Source: a virus (Duplodnaviria > Caudoviricetes). From it: a stretch of 32,978 nt of DNA. Where the stretch lies: the IMG/VR virus record IMGVR_UViG_3300032332_000267, positions 1-32,978 of that record, one strand, 5' to 3'. The position numbers and the translations under genes are program-made. Under the pieces are notes generated by a model. That model saw only the letters and a program-made list of their open reading frames with translations, was not told the DNA's origin and made no database searches. Positions within the stretch are counted from its first letter, which is position 1. Each line of letters opens with the position of its first letter. Shown here piece after piece: positions 6,969 through 15,598 of the stretch.

Positions 6969-7205
6969 ATGAACCACCCAGACCTTTCCGAATACGTAGC
7001 AGACACCCGTGACGACATTGACGCCGAGCTGATCTGCTACTTTGACGACTACACCATGTCCCTTTGGTATGTGTACGTTAACGGAGGCCAAATCCTTAAC
7101 ATCCTTGCAGACAGCGTTATTCAATCGCTTGAGCGTGAATATGCTTTTTACATGCGCAAGCGCCGCGAGGAAGACTACATCGACATGAAATTGGAGCAAG
7201 CATGA
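6969..7205 (+). CDS. Hypothetical early protein
   Basis: AGGAG Shine-Dalgarno; first gene of the rightward arm. Confidence 0.7.
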   Translation: MNHPDLSEYVADTRDDIDAELICYFDDYTMSLWYVYVNGGQILNILADSVIQSLEREYAFYMRKRREEDYIDMKLEQA

Positions 7206-7285
7206 AAGACTTTGAACAAATCATCTATGCCTTGGGCGTCATTGCCTGTTTTATTGTATTTATCTTAATTTGGACGGGACTATGA
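7202..7285 (+). CDS. Small membrane peptide (27 aa)
   Basis: MKDFEQIIYALGVIACFIVFILIWTGL, with ATGA overlaps at both ends. Confidence 0.55.
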   Translation: MKDFEQIIYALGVIACFIVFILIWTGL

Positions 7286-7806
7286 AAAACATTTTTACAG
7301 CATTGGTTAAAGCACAGCGTCAATTTCAACCAGCTCTAAAGACCTCTACAAACCCTCATTTCAAGTCCCGCTATGCAGACCTGTCCGCTTGCGTTGAAGC
7401 TGTTATGGGCGGTTTAAACGACAACGGCATAGCTCTTGTTCAGCAACTCCACGAAGCAGAACATGGCGTGACTGTGGAAACTGTATTCATTCATGAATCT
7501 GGCGAAATGCTTAACTGCGGCAAACTCTTTGTCCCTGCAACTAAGCAAGACGCCCAAGGGTTTGGGTCTGCCTTGACCTATGCCCGCCGATACAGCTTGA
7601 TGGCAGCTTGCGGTATTGCACCAGAAGATGATGATGGCAACGCAGCCAGCCGCAAGCCTCAGAAATCTACGCTAGACGCTAAACGCCTAGCAGATGCAAT
7701 CCAGCGCATCAAAGAAGGCAAATACACAACAATCAAACTGCGTGAGACTTTTGCTTTGACGCCAGAGCAAGACGCCCAGGTTATTACAGCATTGTCGGAG
7801 GCATGA
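7282..7806 (+). CDS. erf: ERF-family single-strand annealing protein
   Basis: K-x-STNPHFKSRYADL...HESGE...DAQGFGSALTYARRYSLMAACGIAPEDDDGN. Confidence 0.92.
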   Translation: MKNIFTALVKAQRQFQPALKTSTNPHFKSRYADLSACVEAVMGGLNDNGIALVQQLHEAEHGVTVETVFIHESGEMLNCGKLFVPATKQDAQGFGSALTYARRYSLMAACGIAPEDDDGNAASRKPQKSTLDAKRLADAIQRIKEGKYTTIKLRETFALTPEQDAQVITALSEA

Positions 7807-8015
7807 TGAAACTCTCAAACTTGATTGAAATTCGTGATGCGCTTGTCGCTACAAAACAAGCGTTGCACGATCTGTCCATTGCGGAAATCCACATTGCTGG
7901 CGGTTTGTACGACAGACTAAAACCCGTAATTGACAAGACTTACGGGCCGATTGCAAACCTTAATATTTTAATTGAACACATGACAAACGTAGAAGTGGAG
8001 ATTACCAATGACTGA
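7803..8015 (+). CDS. Hypothetical protein
   Basis: Translationally coupled ORF between erf and the exonuclease. Confidence 0.6.
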   Translation: MMKLSNLIEIRDALVATKQALHDLSIAEIHIAGGLYDRLKPVIDKTYGPIANLNILIEHMTNVEVEITND

Positions 8016-8640
8016 AATTATCCAAGGCACAGACGAATGGTTTGCCGCCAGGCTTGGCAAAGTAACGGCATCCCGTGTAGCTGACGTTATTGCCAAGACA
8101 AAAACGGGTTACAGCACCAGCCGCGACAACTACATGGCGCAGCTTGTCTGCGAACGCTTGACAGGCCAAAAAGGTGAGAGCTTCAGCAATGCTGCTATGC
8201 AATGGGGTACAGATACAGAACCCAAGGCAAGAGAAGCGTACATGGCTGCTAGGTTTGAAATTGTGACAGAGGTGGGGTTTGTTAACCACCAAACGATTGA
8301 AGATGCTGGCGCTTCGCCTGATGGCTTTGTTGGCGATTTAGGATTGATTGAGATCAAGTGCCCCAATACTGCGACACACATTGACACCTTGTTGAGCCAA
8401 ACAGTCCCAAGCAAGTACAACACCCAGATGCAATGGCAAATGATTTGCACAGGCAGACATTGGACAGACTTTGTGAGCTACGACCCGCGTTTACCAGCAG
8501 AGCTGCAATTGTTTATTAAGCGTGTGGAATACGACCCAGTTTTTGGCGCAATGCTAGAAAAAGAAGTTATCGGCTTTCTCAAAGAGCTTGATGACAAGAT
8601 TAAACAACTAATGAAAGTGAAAAATGGCAACAATTTATGA
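8008..8640 (+). CDS. YqaJ / lambda-exonuclease family protein
   Basis: QGTDEWFAARLGKVTAS...MQWG-x3-E...GASPDG...IEIKCP...QMQWQM. Confidence 0.93.
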   Translation: MTEIIQGTDEWFAARLGKVTASRVADVIAKTKTGYSTSRDNYMAQLVCERLTGQKGESFSNAAMQWGTDTEPKAREAYMAARFEIVTEVGFVNHQTIEDAGASPDGFVGDLGLIEIKCPNTATHIDTLLSQTVPSKYNTQMQWQMICTGRHWTDFVSYDPRLPAELQLFIKRVEYDPVFGAMLEKEVIGFLKELDDKIKQLMKVKNGNNL

Positions 8641-8875
8641 AGTGGTAATTAAAGCAGGCTCATATCAAAAAGATGGCAAAGATGTAGCAGTTTGGAAAAC
8701 AATTGGTCGAGTGTTGGAAACAAAAAAAGGTTATCAGTTAAAAATGGATTGCATACCTCTTATTGATGGCGGTTGGACGGGTTGGGCTAATTTATATCCA
8801 CCAGACGAAAAACCTGTGACTCAAGCGCCTAAAGACCGCGCTGATCAGTTCCCTGATGACGATGTACCCTTTTAA
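8624..8875 (+). CDS. Small putative ssDNA-binding protein
   Basis: Beta-rich sequence with an acidic SSB-like C-terminal tail (DDDVPF); follows the recombination genes. Confidence 0.55.
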   Translation: MATIYEVVIKAGSYQKDGKDVAVWKTIGRVLETKKGYQLKMDCIPLIDGGWTGWANLYPPDEKPVTQAPKDRADQFPDDDVPF

Positions 8876-8884
8876 GGAGTAGCC

Positions 8885-9184
8885 ATGTTTAGCTTTTTAT
8901 CACGCGCCAAAGACCCGATTACCAGCTTTAAAGCTGCTATCCAGACTCCCGACTTGATGAAAGAACACGAAGAAGTCATTATTGCTTGTCTTAGGAGGTT
9001 TGGGCCTTTGGGTAAAGACGGCATAGCACGACATTCGGGGCTTACTGGTAACCAGGTAGCCAGACGCCTAAAGAAGCTCCAGACCGAGGGTTTTATTGAG
9101 CTAACAGGCAATGAGGTTTTGTCAGACAGCAGACGTAAAGAACGTGAATGGACGTTTGTGCCCGTACAGGAGGATTTGATATGA
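8885..9184 (+). CDS. Winged-HTH DNA-binding protein
   Basis: RAKDPITS...GPLGKDGIA...NQVARRLKKL...G-x-IELTG; AAGGAG Shine-Dalgarno. Confidence 0.7.
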   Translation: MFSFLSRAKDPITSFKAAIQTPDLMKEHEEVIIACLRRFGPLGKDGIARHSGLTGNQVARRLKKLQTEGFIELTGNEVLSDSRRKEREWTFVPVQEDLI

Positions 9185-9585
9185 AAGAAGCAATGAAACA
9201 GGCGCTTGAGGCGTTGAAAAACTCTGTTGACTTGGTTTCAAACGAAGCCAGAGAAGCTGAGTCTTTGTACGGAAATTACCCATCAAGGCTTGCACGAGTT
9301 CAAGGTCTTGTTGCATTGGAAGTGGCGCATCAAACAGCCATCAAAGCCCTAGAAGAAGCACTAGCCAAGCAAGAGCAGCGCAGCGATAGCGAGCAACTGA
9401 GTGAGCCTGACTACAAAACTTTGGCAATTCAACTGCAACAACAACGCACATGGGTTGGGCTGACGGATGAGGAAATTTTATCAATTGGTTGCATGAGCGA
9501 TAAAACATGGATGTTGCTTTTTGCCAAAGCCATCGAAGCCAAACTCAAGCAAAAGAACGGCTATGCCGAGGAGAAAAACACATGA
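9181..9585 (+). CDS. Hypothetical mosaic phage protein
   Basis: MKEAMKQALEAL...RTWVGLTDEE...AIEAKLKQKN modules; start at ATG 9181. Confidence 0.65.
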   Translation: MKEAMKQALEALKNSVDLVSNEAREAESLYGNYPSRLARVQGLVALEVAHQTAIKALEEALAKQEQRSDSEQLSEPDYKTLAIQLQQQRTWVGLTDEEILSIGCMSDKTWMLLFAKAIEAKLKQKNGYAEEKNT

Positions 9586-9630
9586 AAGACTCACTATGGC
9601 GCAAACGCAAGAAACCAAAGGAGAAACCCA

Positions 9631-9735
9631 ATGGATAACCTAGAAATCATCATTGTTGTTCTTATAGCTGGCGGCTTTTTGTTTGCCGCCGTGTTCCTAA
9701 TCGTTCTGATGATGATGGTTGCGCTTGACGATTAA
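9631..9735 (+). CDS. Small membrane peptide (34 aa)
   Basis: AAGGAG Shine-Dalgarno; MDNLEIIIVVLIAGGFLFAAVFLIVLMMMVALDD. Confidence 0.55.
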   Translation: MDNLEIIIVVLIAGGFLFAAVFLIVLMMMVALDD

Positions 9736-9750
9736 GCGTTAAAATTTAAA

Positions 9751-9799
9751 CGTGGCTAGGAAGTCGACCCCGAAAAGCGATTCATCACCGCCTGCCACG
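9751..9799 (+). ncRNA. C4-like antisense RNA, copy 2
   Basis: CGTGGCTAGGAAGTCGACCCCGAAAAGCGATTCATCACCGCCTGCCACG: same architecture as copy 1, with closing stem CGTGGC/GCCACG. Confidence 0.72.
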
Positions 9800-9831
9800 C
9801 TTTCAACGATGACACTCTGATGAGGTGAACT

Positions 9832-10308
9832 ATGCTTACACAAGACTATATTAAAGAACTTTTTGAATATAAAAATGGATTTTTGTATTGGAATGTAAAA
9901 CGCCGTGGAGCGCCAAAAAATAAACCAATTGGGTCTAAAACAAAAAATGGTTATGTATCTTGCATGATTGATGGAAAAGGTTATTTAGTTCACAGAATAG
10001 TTTTTCTTTACTTTTTTGGTTATTTACCTATCAATGTTGATCACATAAATGGCATAAAAGATGACAACAGAATTGAAAATTTACGTGCAGTAAATAAAAG
10101 TGAAAATCAACAAAATATGAGAAAAGCGTTTACATCAAGCAAATCTCAATTGCTTGGGGCTTTTTACAGTAAAAGACACAAAAATTGGTTTAGCAGAATT
10201 TGTGTTGATGGTAAAAGAAAATGGCTTGGCAGCTTCAAAACGCCAAATGATGCACACCAAGCCTATTTAAATGCAAAAAGAAATTTGCATCCTACTTGCA
10301 CAATTTAA
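9832..10308 (+). CDS. HNH homing endonuclease (HNH plus AP2-like domain)
   Basis: YLVHRIVF...VDHINGIKDDNRIENLR...N and a C-terminal W-x-SRI...LGSF-x-TP-x-DAHQAY. Visibly AT-richer than its flanks. Confidence 0.92.
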   Translation: MLTQDYIKELFEYKNGFLYWNVKRRGAPKNKPIGSKTKNGYVSCMIDGKGYLVHRIVFLYFFGYLPINVDHINGIKDDNRIENLRAVNKSENQQNMRKAFTSSKSQLLGAFYSKRHKNWFSRICVDGKRKWLGSFKTPNDAHQAYLNAKRNLHPTCTI

Positions 10309-10793
10309 GCGTAAGGTCTTGTGCCTAATTTATCAATGATTAACTTTGATTTTTTAGGCGTATCACCAGCATGGGTGACCATTGCAACATGAGTCCAGCC
10401 ACCACCTTTAACAGGGTCTGAAAACTCTCTAATAACTTGTTGAAAAGGTAAATCGCTGGAAATGATTGCTTTGGTTACCTCATCTGGCGTCATGCCTGGC
10501 ACACGAATGTCAGCAGCACAACCGCGCCGATGATCACTTGTGTTTTTAGAACCAACAGCACCATTCACGGCTTCAGATCGAAATGCGCTGTTTACCATGA
10601 TGGGCTTACCGCCTAATACCTTTTTGACTTCTTCAAGAAAAGCAGCCAATCGAGGCAAGTTAGCCACAGCGTTAATGATTTCCTCTTTGCCATCAACAAT
10701 ACATTTTTCATGCTCTGTTGGCGTATTGTCCAACTCACGATGATCTGTGTGGGTCAGTTCTTCAAGAGTAAAGTGTTCTGATAATTGCGTCAT
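10305..10793 (-). CDS. Endolysin, peptidase M15A family
   Basis: LSEHFTLEEL...NSAFRS-x-AVN-x-AVG...SDH-x-x-GCAADI...WTHV. Confidence 0.88.
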   Translation of the reverse strand: MTQLSEHFTLEELTHTDHRELDNTPTEHEKCIVDGKEEIINAVANLPRLAAFLEEVKKVLGGKPIMVNSAFRSEAVNGAVGSKNTSDHRRGCAADIRVPGMTPDEVTKAIISSDLPFQQVIREFSDPVKGGGWTHVAMVTHAGDTPKKSKLIIDKLGTRPYA

Positions 10794-11002
10794 TTGTCCA
10801 TCCCCTCACCAACTTTGATGCCAGTAATCAAGCCAATAAACCCGCCTACGATGGTCTGAAAGGCAGGGCCAACGATGGCAAACACAAGGCCATCATCAAC
10901 CGTTGGGTCAACGATAGCAATCACAAACATGATCATCATGCCGGCCACCACAGCGACCAATGAAATTGTGGCGGTAACCACGCAAGCGTCTTTTACGTTC
11001 AT
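10790..11002 (-). CDS. Two-TM membrane protein (lysis module)
   Basis: Two hydrophobic segments; coupled to the endolysin gene. Confidence 0.65.
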   Translation of the reverse strand: MNVKDACVVTATISLVAVVAGMMIMFVIAIVDPTVDDGLVFAIVGPAFQTIVGGFIGLITGIKVGEGMDK

Positions 11003-11496
11003 TTCATCACCTTCATCATTTCTTCAGTTTTAGATTTGCTCCCCGCTGAGGAGCCACGATGGAAATTTAAAACAGTCCCGCACATAGTAATCAGCGAACC
11101 AATAGCCATGTAAGCAATTTCTTTATTTTCAGTTGGAACGCCCTTAAAAAACACAATCCAAGTCATGATGATAGTTGCGCTGACAATTGCAAAGTCTAGG
11201 ATGTAAGCAGCGTTTTTAGCCAACCAAGCCGCATTAACTGATTCTTGGATTTTGCTGTTCATGTTTCGAGCATCTGCCGTGTTTGCCATGTCCAGCTTGG
11301 CGTACTCAAGCTCTAGCTCCTGAAGTTTTGACGCAGCCGCAGGGTCACCAGTGATAGCTTTTGCCACGCTTTCAACGCTGTCAGAAACGCCAAACTTAGC
11401 AGCCAAAGCACTAACGGCAGCACCACCCAATGGCCCTGCAACCGCTGTCGCCAATGTCGGCGCGATACCCTTAAGTAAATTGAATAGGTCATTCAT
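10999..11496 (-). CDS. Holin-like protein (3TM / GTA-holin-like)
   Basis: APTLATAVAGPLGGAA N-terminus, ADAR-x-M, two C-terminal TM segments, then NFHRGSSAGSKSK. Confidence 0.7.
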   Translation of the reverse strand: MNDLFNLLKGIAPTLATAVAGPLGGAAVSALAAKFGVSDSVESVAKAITGDPAAASKLQELELEYAKLDMANTADARNMNSKIQESVNAAWLAKNAAYILDFAIVSATIIMTWIVFFKGVPTENKEIAYMAIGSLITMCGTVLNFHRGSSAGSKSKTEEMMKVMK

Positions 11497-11692
11497 CAGT
11501 CACTTCCTTTTTAGGTTTTAGCTGTTGTTGCAGCTTTTTCGTTTCCACCAATGCCGCCTGTGCGGTTGCGTTTATCTTCTTGGCTTCAATCAAAATCATT
11601 GCCGCAACTGGGAGACAAATGAAACAAACGATTCCAAAGAAAACCATTCCAACGATTGCCCACTGAGCAACGCTATCTGAATCATCATCCAC
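11489..11692 (-). CDS. Single-TM plus coiled-coil membrane protein
   Basis: Likely GTG start at 11692, within ORF 11489..11767. TM segment WAIVGMVFFGIVCFICLPVAAMIL. Confidence 0.5.
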   Translation of the reverse strand: MDDDSDSVAQWAIVGMVFFGIVCFICLPVAAMILIEAKKINATAQAALVETKKLQQQLKPKKEVTDE

Positions 11693-12372
11693 ACCACCAC
11701 CAGCCACACGATTGCCAGACCCAGACCCCACATTGCCAGGTCTATTTTGAGGTTTTGATGTCGCCATTCCTGTGCCCTCTTGTACCTGGCTTGCATTATC
11801 AGTTGTTGCCTAGCAAACTCCTGTTCCTGTTCAATCTTGCCATACATCCGCAAAAATCGTGTGTATAAGTCTTTCAACTCTCTTGGGGCATAAACCATTG
11901 CTTCCCTGATCTGCTCCCCCAAATACTCCATCTGAAGCTCAACCTCTACGCGCTCAATTGCTTTCTTTGCGTTGTTTTGGTCAGGGCTGTAAACGGTGAT
12001 CGAAGCAAGTTCCAAATCTTGGTAGTGGCCTGTAATCTTTTGCTGAATGTCAAAGAATTCACCCAATTGAGTGCTGACCTTATGCACGACCTGCATCTGG
12101 AGGATTTCAGGCTCTGGGTCTGCTGCGCGTTTGGCTTTTGTTTTAACAGGCGCTGAAACAGTCTCTTGCTTTTTCTTTTCACCAAATAAACCCGTAACCC
12201 AAACCCATAGCGCATTGAGCGTGTTGTAGGCTTCTTGGGCTTGTCCAACAAGGGATTCAGCTTGCTCACGGAACTCATCGACAGCGACTTGGCCCTCTCT
12301 GAGCATCTCGCACCCAGATCGGATAGCACTAACCGCGCTTTGAGCAAGAAGAAGTAGGCTAAAAGGGTCAAT
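11596..12372 (-). CDS. Coiled-coil protein with a C-terminal TM segment (probable ATT start)
   Basis: ORF 11596..12306 stays open upstream to ATT at 12372 (IDPFSLLLLAQSAV...), which is preceded by AGAGG. Confidence 0.65.
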   Translation of the reverse strand: MDPFSLLLLAQSAVSAIRSGCEMLREGQVAVDEFREQAESLVGQAQEAYNTLNALWVWVTGLFGEKKKQETVSAPVKTKAKRAADPEPEILQMQVVHKVSTQLGEFFDIQQKITGHYQDLELASITVYSPDQNNAKKAIERVEVELQMEYLGEQIREAMVYAPRELKDLYTRFLRMYGKIEQEQEFARQQLIMQARYKRAQEWRHQNLKIDLAMWGLGLAIVWLVVVWMMIQIALLSGQSLEWFSLESFVSFVSQLRQ

Positions 12373-12374
12373 GG

Positions 12375-12587
12375 CTAACCTCTGTTAAACCAATGCGTTA
12401 GCCATCCGGCAGCAGAAGATACGGCAGAGACAAACAACATGCCCATCCAGAAACCGCCACGACCTTTGTTAGCTAAGGCAATCAGGGTTTCAAGCTGAGT
12501 TTCCATCTTGTCAATCTTGGCTTCCATTGATTCAACTTTTTGCCAAAGGACACCGTATTTGACTAAATCAATTTCAGGGGTTGACAT
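12375..12587 (-). CDS. Small coiled-coil plus TM protein (XhlA/holin-like)
   Basis: IDLVKYGVLWQKVESME...LANKGRGGFWMGM followed by a TM segment. Confidence 0.65.
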   Translation of the reverse strand: MSTPEIDLVKYGVLWQKVESMEAKIDKMETQLETLIALANKGRGGFWMGMLFVSAVSSAAGWLTHWFNRG

Positions 12588-12589
12588 GA

Positions 12590-13771
12590 TTAGCCCTTGA
12601 GTGCAGCTACATCAGCTTGCAGTTGGGTTATTAGGGCTTGTTGTTCTTTAATTGCGGCAACCAACAAGGGCATTACATCTGTGTATTGCAAGCCCAGTTT
12701 TCCATTTTCGTTTTCATTAACTGCTTCTGGCAAAACTTCTTTAACATCTTGTGCAATTAAGAAAGCCCTGCGTGTTCCTTCTTCATCTGTTTTGTATTTG
12801 CCAATTACAGTTCTAAGTGTCGATATTTTTTGTGATGCGTTTTCAATCGGCTCAATAATATCTTTCATTGTTTCATCAGAAAGACCAGACCAAGACGTAG
12901 CACCGCTTGTTAAATAAACACCTGTTGTTCCATCTTTTAATACATTAAAACTACCATTACTACCATTAGGGCCGGTATCCCATTGAACGCCACCCTTTTT
13001 AAGTTGCATTAATGCTGATGTTGATGATGCCCCTGTCGTAGTCCCTACCAGCAAGTTTCCACTGGCATCCAACGTCATTGCTTGGGTGAAGGTGATGGCG
13101 TTACCTGCTGTGCCTGATGCTGCGTTGTACCATTGATGCGCCCCAGTTACTTGTCGATAGTGCGTTGCGGCTTGGTTATACAAATAAATGTAATTTGTGC
13201 CGTTCCAGTAACAGTTTGAAGCCAAATCTAAATCATTTGCAGCATAACTTGCAAGACTTCCTCCAACAACCTGAACAGCTTTATATGTCCCCCAAGCACT
13301 AGGAGTAACACCCACACCCACGTTTTGATTTGCGTCAATAACCGCTGCAAGTGTGCCGTTAGTAGAAAACCCAAGCGTATTTGTAGCAGGCAGATACATT
13401 CCATTGCCTGTTGCGCTTGTACCCGTAGGGATTAGCTTAGTTCCCGTGATAGTGCTAGAGCCTGTGATAGCACCCGTGACGCCCAACGTAGTCCCAATGT
13501 TGGCTGCTTTAGCAATTCCAAGGCCGCCATCAGTAATGATTGATCCTGACGTAGACGTTGTGGAATCCGTCACCAGCGTAGACCGCAGACCCTGTGCAAA
13601 AGGAATCTGCGCCGTTGTAGCCGTTTGTCCGTCTTTGGTGATAGCTGTAGTCAGTCCTGTTGCCAAGTCCGCAGTTAGCGCATTAAACGCTGATGCCGTG
13701 ATAACAGTACCCGCTACAACTGGCTGACCAGAAGTGTTGATTTGAAAGAGGCCAGAGCCGTTGTAACTCAT
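12590..13771 (-). CDS. Tail fiber / spike with a C-terminal intramolecular chaperone (peptidase S74-like)
   Basis: Gly/Thr beta-rich body, an SD-x-x-MK autocleavage motif, LIAQDVKEVLPEAV and a terminal coiled coil LVAAIKEQQ. Confidence 0.88.
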   Translation of the reverse strand: MSYNGSGLFQINTSGQPVVAGTVITASAFNALTADLATGLTTAITKDGQTATTAQIPFAQGLRSTLVTDSTTSTSGSIITDGGLGIAKAANIGTTLGVTGAITGSSTITGTKLIPTGTSATGNGMYLPATNTLGFSTNGTLAAVIDANQNVGVGVTPSAWGTYKAVQVVGGSLASYAANDLDLASNCYWNGTNYIYLYNQAATHYRQVTGAHQWYNAASGTAGNAITFTQAMTLDASGNLLVGTTTGASSTSALMQLKKGGVQWDTGPNGSNGSFNVLKDGTTGVYLTSGATSWSGLSDETMKDIIEPIENASQKISTLRTVIGKYKTDEEGTRRAFLIAQDVKEVLPEAVNENENGKLGLQYTDVMPLLVAAIKEQQALITQLQADVAALKG

Positions 13772-13780
13772 GATTTACCT

Positions 13781-15598
13781 TTATTTAGTCAATGCTTTGG
13801 TCAAAGCATCATAGTTGACTGCTTCGTTTACTTGTTTGGTCAATGCGCTTGTTTCTGCCATTTCTGACGCTGTTTTGGCAAGTGGAAAGTGCATTTTTGC
13901 CAGTTTGTCCAATCCTCGCAAAACCACGTTTCCTGTGTTTGAATAGTTCACAGTTCCTTGAGGTTTTACCACAGCATCTTTGACCGCATCACGCAATTCA
14001 ACCAATGTTTCTCGACCTTGTTTGCCAAACATATACGTTAATTTATCTTCACGATCTAGAGTTTCAATGGCGTTATTTAACTTAGCAAAAGACAGTTGAC
14101 CACTTGCGTTTTTGGTAAGTTGGTCTTTTAGATATTGAACAGTTTGCCCTTGTAGTTCGGCATAGGCTTGTTTGCCTTGTTCGCCGCCCTTTTTCAACAG
14201 TTTGGTAACAGTCCTCATTTCTTCTAAAGACCCGTCCAAAACAACATGGCTAAACACATCATCTAAAGCCACGGCTCGATCTCCATACCCGCCGCGAGTG
14301 CCTAATAACTTTGCCACCCTATAAGTATTCTCAAAATCATTCGCCATTTCTTTGCGTTGAGTCCGAGCCGCACGATACAAATCACCACCAGCGCCCTCAG
14401 TCATGTCATTGATCACGCCCTTGACGCGACCCATATAAACGGATGATTGCTCACCAGGTTTAGACAGACTTCCCGCAGCTTGATACAGATTCTCAATATC
14501 ATCAATTGTGACTTGCCCACCAGTAGATTTTTTCAACGCATCTAGCTTGGCTGCAATTGTTTGTATTTGAGGCACAGAAATGCCTTCTGGCGCGTTATCT
14601 GTTAACCATTTTTCCAATGGTGCAGTATCTACCACTTGCTTTGTTTCTCCGGCATCTCTTGCGGCTTGGTAGGCTTGGTCTACTTTTAGTTTTTTGTCAT
14701 CAAACTGTTTAACCAAACTCTTGTCCACAAGCGACCCAATTTTGCGATAGGCGCTAGGGTCTGCATACTCAGCGCCAGTTTGATTTGATAGCTGTTCAAA
14801 GCGTTTAAGAATGTCGCCTTTTTGACCTTCTTTAAACTGAATCAACGCTTTAGCTAACTCAGGCTTTTCTTTAGGAATGTCTGATTCAAACTGTAATTGT
14901 GCTAAATCACCAGTTTGCTCACCTTTGGTTAAACGAATTCCTTGTTCTCTAGCTCTTACCTGACGGGCCAAAGCCTCATCAACAGATGCAGCGCCCATGC
15001 CTTGCATTTGTGGCTCTGGCGCTCTTAGTAAAGCAGCCATTTTTTGTGCCGTAGGCGTAGCTTGGGAAACAATAGACGTTGCCTGTCTTGCCGCTGGCCC
15101 TGCCAATGTAGAAAGTGCCGTTCCCGCGCTTGTCAATGGGGTTGGAGGAATAGCTCCCAAGACTTTTGCCATGGTGTCAACAATATCTGGGCCTGTTTGT
15201 GTCCGTGGCTGATAGAACTGCCGACCAACCATTTGCGCGGCTTCCTCACCCGCTTGACGCCCTTGTGGAGTGCCATAGCCGCCTAATGCTTCGCCATACA
15301 TTCTGACAATAGGTGTAGTTATTGCCCGACCAACATTGCCCGCAATGATTGCAGGAGTTTCAATCGCACCCATGATGCGATCTTGCAATGTCATTGGTGG
15401 TGGAGCAACAGAAGAACTTGTTTGCCCAGGTATCTGATTTGCCATTTGAGCAGAATTAGCAGCTAAACCAACTTGTTTATAAAATTGGTCTTTTGGTATA
15501 TCAGCATAGAATTTTTGATGCAAAGCATCAGCCAATGCCGCATCGGGCATATCACTATATTGAGGATATTGACTGCGAACTTCTGCTAGTGTGGTCAT
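13781..15598 (-). CDS. Internal virion / DNA ejection protein (large)
   Basis: 605 aa, helical. N-terminus R-x-QYPQYSDMPDAALADALHQKFY. Third of three genes after the nozzle. Confidence 0.7.
   Translation of the reverse strand: MTTLAEVRSQYPQYSDMPDAALADALHQKFYADIPKDQFYKQVGLAANSAQMANQIPGQTSSSVAPPPMTLQDRIMGAIETPAIIAGNVGRAITTPIVRMYGEALGGYGTPQGRQAGEEAAQMVGRQFYQPRTQTGPDIVDTMAKVLGAIPPTPLTSAGTALSTLAGPAARQATSIVSQATPTAQKMAALLRAPEPQMQGMGAASVDEALARQVRAREQGIRLTKGEQTGDLAQLQFESDIPKEKPELAKALIQFKEGQKGDILKRFEQLSNQTGAEYADPSAYRKIGSLVDKSLVKQFDDKKLKVDQAYQAARDAGETKQVVDTAPLEKWLTDNAPEGISVPQIQTIAAKLDALKKSTGGQVTIDDIENLYQAAGSLSKPGEQSSVYMGRVKGVINDMTEGAGGDLYRAARTQRKEMANDFENTYRVAKLLGTRGGYGDRAVALDDVFSHVVLDGSLEEMRTVTKLLKKGGEQGKQAYAELQGQTVQYLKDQLTKNASGQLSFAKLNNAIETLDREDKLTYMFGKQGRETLVELRDAVKDAVVKPQGTVNYSNTGNVVLRGLDKLAKMHFPLAKTASEMAETSALTKQVNEAVNYDALTKALTK

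Noticed and set aside
12590-13771. Diversity-generating retroelement targeting the fiber
   Set aside because: I saw no reverse transcriptase gene and no template/variable repeat pair.
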